Positions 59,437 to 64,000 of a stretch of 64,000 bases of DNA are shown piece by piece; within the stretch, counting starts at the first letter, position 1; each line of letters opens with the position of its first letter. The position numbers and the translations under genes were made by a program. The notes beneath the pieces were generated by a model. It worked only from the letters and a program-made list of their open reading frames with translations. It had not been told where the DNA came from and made no database searches. This DNA comes from Azolla caroliniana (Eukaryota > Plantae > Polypodiophyta): assembly GCA_043228905.1 (NCBI GenBank), contig JBHGNT010000017.1, positions 8,804,001 through 8,868,000 of the forward strand. The letters run 5' to 3'.

Positions 59437-60627
59437 CGATTGTTGGTCAAACAACAGTTGGCGGTAGCAGAGGCAAGGGGTGGCATCTCCACCAGATGGA
59501 TGTCGAACTTCGGTATATTCGAACCGATCGGCAAGTGGCCAACATCTTCACCAAGGCGCTTGGGACGGACAAGTTGTAGCACTTCTCAGAGATGCTTGGT
59601 ATCCAGCACCTCGACGTGCTGCACTTGAGGGGGAGAGCTGACAAATCGAAGAAATAACAAGTCGAGGGCGTTAGGAGAGTTGAAGAAGAAGTCGAATTGA
59701 TTGAGGAAGTTTAAACATCTGGTAGTGTTGAAATAGGCTGTAACAGTTGTAGAATCAAGAAGGACAGAGGCGACTAGAAGAAAAAGTCCAAGACCAAGAT
59801 ATGGTCATATGTGGTCAAGGGCATGAAGAAAGATTATGACTTGGAAACACCCAATTTGGATAAGAGTGGGAACGAATTGGAGGTAGTTGATTTGGTCAAG
59901 TGGGTTGATTTGGATGAGAAGAATTTCATGAAGGCCAAATGGATAGGGAAGCAATCGAAGCCGACACCAAAACAAAGGGTTCAATAGGTCGAGGGACACA
60001 AGTATTGCGACAACGAGGGAGCTGACAAGGGCCTTACGAGCAAACAAGCCGACCAAGGAGGTTAAAGAGCACGGGACCGGACAGGTTGAAGAGTGTGTGC
60101 CAAGAGACAAGCTGGCAAGAGAAGCCGAGGCAAAGGACTGGCAGAGCGGAGGGAACCTGAAGTTGAGCTTGAGGGGGAGTGTTGAGAAGCAAGCTCAACA
60201 TGGGCCGGATCGGCTGAACCAGATCAGAGAGCCGGATCGGGTGAAGACTGATTGGCTATGCCCGAATCATATCAGAGAGCCGGATCGGATCAGAGAGTCG
60301 GATCAGAGAACTGGTTCCATGAGGAGTTGTTAGGCTGTTAGAGGCCTACCTTCCCAGTTTAGTAGGTAGTTATACTTTTTGGAGTTAGTGTCAGATGCTC
60401 TTTTATGAGCATTGAAGTACTTGTCAATATTTCCGACCGTCCTTTATGGACTTGTATAAAAGTGTTCACTAAGCACGTTTGTATGTATAGAGAACATTTT
60501 ATTTTTATTTAAGCTTACTCTTCTACTCTCTCTGTCTCTCCAGCGTACTGTGTTTTTGTCTGTTTTCTACTACTATCCGGCTGAGCTAGTTCTGTCTATT
60601 TCAGCTTCCACACTTAAATCTTTTACA
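59437..60627 (+). mobile_element. Copia 3' end (RNase H tail, 3' extension, PPT, LTR 60180-60627)
   Basis: DVELRYIRTDRQVANIFTKALG; TTGAGGGGGAG then TGTTG at 60169-60184. Related to the 12991-24536 family. Confidence 0.85.
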
Positions 60628-61390
60628 AAGTTGTACAAGGTGAGACTCATTTTGTTTTTTCGGCTTATTATAATTTATAATATCATGTCAATGTTAGTAA
60701 GTTTGATTATCTAATGAAGGAAAATGATATCATTTTCTTCTAAATGTTGTCTTTTAGATTCATTATGGTCATCATTTCTGTTGATTGATTTTTGTGAAAA
60801 AACTGGTGAAGGTTATTTTAGGACTTGACTTTAGTTTTGTACCATTCATTGATATGGAACCTTTTATTTATTGTTATATGTCATAATGATTCATAATGCA
60901 TTGAGAAAAAACATAGATGATGTGTTTCATACCAAAACCAAAACCGAATAGCAAAACCACGATTTAACAGTTTAACAGTTCAAAAACTGTTTAAGGAACA
61001 TGCTCAACCGGATCCTGAACGGCTGAATAAGCCTGAGCCAGATCGGTATACGGAATGGAGAATCCGATCGTATCCAGATCGGTGTCAGGATAGTATCCGG
61101 AACCTAGAGCTAGATCAGAGATACGGATCATATTGTAATCGGTACTTCTCTCCACCAGAACCCGAGCCGATTGCTATAGATGATCCGGTGGAATACGGAC
61201 CAGAGAGAAGTGTCATGGAATTCGAACAACCGGATAGTTCGACTTCTCTCGGGATGAGTGGATTGAATCTGGATTGGTTGAGCCGGAATGGTCAACTACA
61301 TGACGAGTCGACGAGTAGTGAAGACTCGGTCGTGCTCTCCCCTCGCAAGGAACTGAGGAGATGGTTCATATGCAAATAGAAGGGGAAGAA

Positions 61391-64000
61391 TGTTGTCACT
61401 GGGCTAGACAAGCCGCTAACACAGGGTGTCCCTTTGGAACACTTCACCATAGGGGTGGTACGGTAAGGAATGTGTAGACTGTGATACAGGACCGATCCTT
61501 CCCGGTTACTATCCGGAATGATTAACTTGATACACGCATATGATAATCACATTAAGCACAGAACGATATTAACAAGATACACAATATGTAAAGAGACAAC
61601 ACCTCTCTATTAATTATACATCGTTCCTTACATCGTCTCTGGATCCTTTTATAGGTATCCAACTGGGTTACAAACCAGTGCCAACCGGCAACCGTCTACG
61701 AACCGGTTTAGATCTGGATCGGCATACCGATTCCGGGTTCGTCCGTCCATTCTTATAATTATCATAATTGAACTAATTACAACTCCCAAAACCGACTCCC
61801 CTTTCATACTCTGGCCTAACCGGCCAACACATGGCACACCCGTGGGACAATACATTGTACATCAAACCCACGGTTAGCCCCTTCATTCATCCTCCAAAAT
61901 GTCCAGAATGCTTTGGTCCAAGGGTTCCAACTGTTCATTGGGTAGTTGCTCCATCGACTATTGTTGTTGCTCCTCCAGTTGTAGTAGTTGTTGTTGTTGT
62001 TCCTCCGGTTGTAGTTGCTATTGTTGTTGTTGGTCTTCGGCCTGCTCTTCCTCTCCAGCTCTATCCGTATCCGGCTCTATTGGTCTCGGCGATTCTGGCT
62101 TCGGCTCCTCTGTCCTTGGCTCCTCTTGGTGTTGCACTGGGGCTTTGTCTGGCTCCTCTGGTCTTACTTCTTCCGGTTGTTCTACTCGGGCTTCGTTTGG
62201 CTGGCCTCCGGTCCCGGCTACATTCGGTGGCTACTCTGGAGATTGCTCTCTGTCATTGATGTTAATTGCCGCTGACATTTGCGATGCTATCTGTTGTCTT
62301 CACTCCCATTCGTATCGCTCGAACTGGAGTAGAGTGCCAAGCTGGTCATCATCCAGTTGTTCTACCAGCCGCCAACTGTTCCCCTGCCAGGGACAAGAAA
62401 TCGTCTGACAACTCCTCTCAGATGGTTACAATACTCTCCGCATCCATCTTGTAGAAGTTTTCACCGTCCTTTCTCTGGTTTTCCGCATCCGCTCGCAACG
62501 TCTATAATTCCGTCGCTTGTTGTGCCCATTTTGAGCACAATTGCATTGAGCTTTCACCAATCATACTCTTTGTTCGTTCTTTCCATGCCAGCACAATGGT
62601 GCGGATCCGGCCGAGCCCCATCTTGGATTTGTCCTCCACAACTTGCTTTTCCTCCTTTAACTTCTTTATCAAGCCCGTGGTTGTTTGTGCCTGCACCTCA
62701 TATTCCATGAATTGAGTTTAATAAGTTGTCTGAACTCAGTTCAGCGCCATCTTTGCTCGTTCCGTCTCCTCATAATGCTGCCGGTTGAGCTCCCTCCAGT
62801 CCCTTGCTACTTCTTCCAATGCCTTTGCCATGTCGACCGCCTTGGTCCGTTCTTCCACCAATGCCTCTGTCGCCCTGTTGACTTCCTTCCGAAGTTCCCC
62901 TAGCTTCTCCTGCTATTGGTCCCCTTCTGCCATCAACTTCTTGTGCTCCGCATCCAAATGCTTGTGATCCGGGTGCAATTGTTCAAAATCCTCCATCTTC
63001 TGCTTTAGCTTTTGGTTTATTTGGCGTTAGGTGTGGTCTTCCCGGTCTTTCTGCTTCTAGAGTTCTTCTTTGAGCTGCTCGATTTCGGTTTCCGCAGATC
63101 GCCGGAGCTTATCCTTCTCTTGTAGCAGCTTCTCCTTTTCTTCCTTCAAACGGTCATTTAATTGGAAGCTTTTCCGGAGATTTTCTTCGAGTCTTCGTTT
63201 CTCATCCTCCGCTGCCTTCTTCTGCTCTCATTTTCTAGCCCTCAAGGCCTCCTGGGCTTCTAACTCTTCCCTGAGAGTGGAGAGTTCTTGCTGCCATGTG
63301 ATGCTTGTGTCTGGTGCTGTAGGAGCTACCGACGAGTTATCTGTCTGCTTAGTCACCGGCGCCACTGGTTCTGGTCCTATCTGGCCGTGTTTGCTTTGGC
63401 CTTCTCAATTTCTTTCTCCATGCTCTAGATCCTTGATCGGGCCTTCTCGAGTTCTTCGGTTGTGGCAAACAACCGATCCCATTGTGCTCTTTCTTCCGCT
63501 TCAATTTGGCTTACAACCCCGGTCACCTACTCTCTGATCCATCACAATCATTGACTGTCGGTGCCTTATTGCCTTGCCAATTCTGATTGCGGTGTTGGCT
63601 CTGCTCTCGCCACAACCCCTGGTTGTATTGTTGTTTCTAGCGGAAACTCCTTTTCTTGCTGTGCTTGTCGATCCGGGGAGATTGGTACTTCTCTTGTCGT
63701 TATTGACCGATTAGGCTCTGTTTCCTTCGTTGGCTCTAGTCCCTCGGAGCGGGGTGTCGGTGTGTTGTCTTTTACCGGTCCCGATTCGTCCCCCTTCTAC
63801 TCTGTGTTGCTTCTCTTCCGGAGACGTAGGGGAGTGTCGGTGGGTTCTTCGTCCGCCTGCTCCTCTTGGGTTCTCATGTTTATCCCTTGAGCCATGTTAG
63901 GCAGCTCTTGCTCTTGCCGATGCAATTTGATTTTAGGAGGCCTAACCGGTTGCTCCACCAATGCCTCTATCTCCGCCTGCCTCTTCCGACTAGGTTGCTC
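61391..64000 (-). mobile_element. 3' end of an ORF3-carrying Gypsy (3' LTR 61391-61829 and ORF3 remnant), continuing beyond the window
   Basis: TGTTG…CAACA LTR resembles 28622-29011. ENFYKMDAESIVTI matches DKFYKMDEESIVAI in 29548..30138. Confidence 0.9.

Noticed and set aside
60628-61390. Possible host gene intron/exon fragment
   Set aside because: AT-rich sequence followed by ccggat-rich retroelement-like sequence; no recognisable protein, so left unannotated.

Overview
This 64 kb window has no recognisable host gene. It is a stack of nested, mostly decayed LTR retrotransposons from a plant genome; the element families suggest a seedless plant such as a fern, which is my inference only. It contains: (i) a chromovirus-type Ty3/Gypsy with a Met PBS; (ii) several Ty1/Copia copies; (iii) a Ty3/Gypsy family with a tRNA-Trp PBS, TGTC(G)...CGACA LTRs and 4-bp CpG-centred target duplications, present as degenerate autonomous, gag-only, TRIM-like and solo-LTR forms; (iv) a non-chromoviral Ty3/Gypsy family with a large extra ORF after integrase; and (v) a hAT-type MITE. 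The most striking observation concerns family (iv), which has no polypurine tract. In four independent copies the position next to the 3' LTR instead holds a tRNA-3'-end-like sequence (…CCCACGGGCGTGCCA). The two complete copies also carry a normal PBS, so they have two inward-facing tRNA-Arg-like primer sites, one per strand. This suggests tRNA-primed plus-strand synthesis or bidirectional reverse transcription. All coordinates were read by eye and tRNA identities are recalled, not searched.
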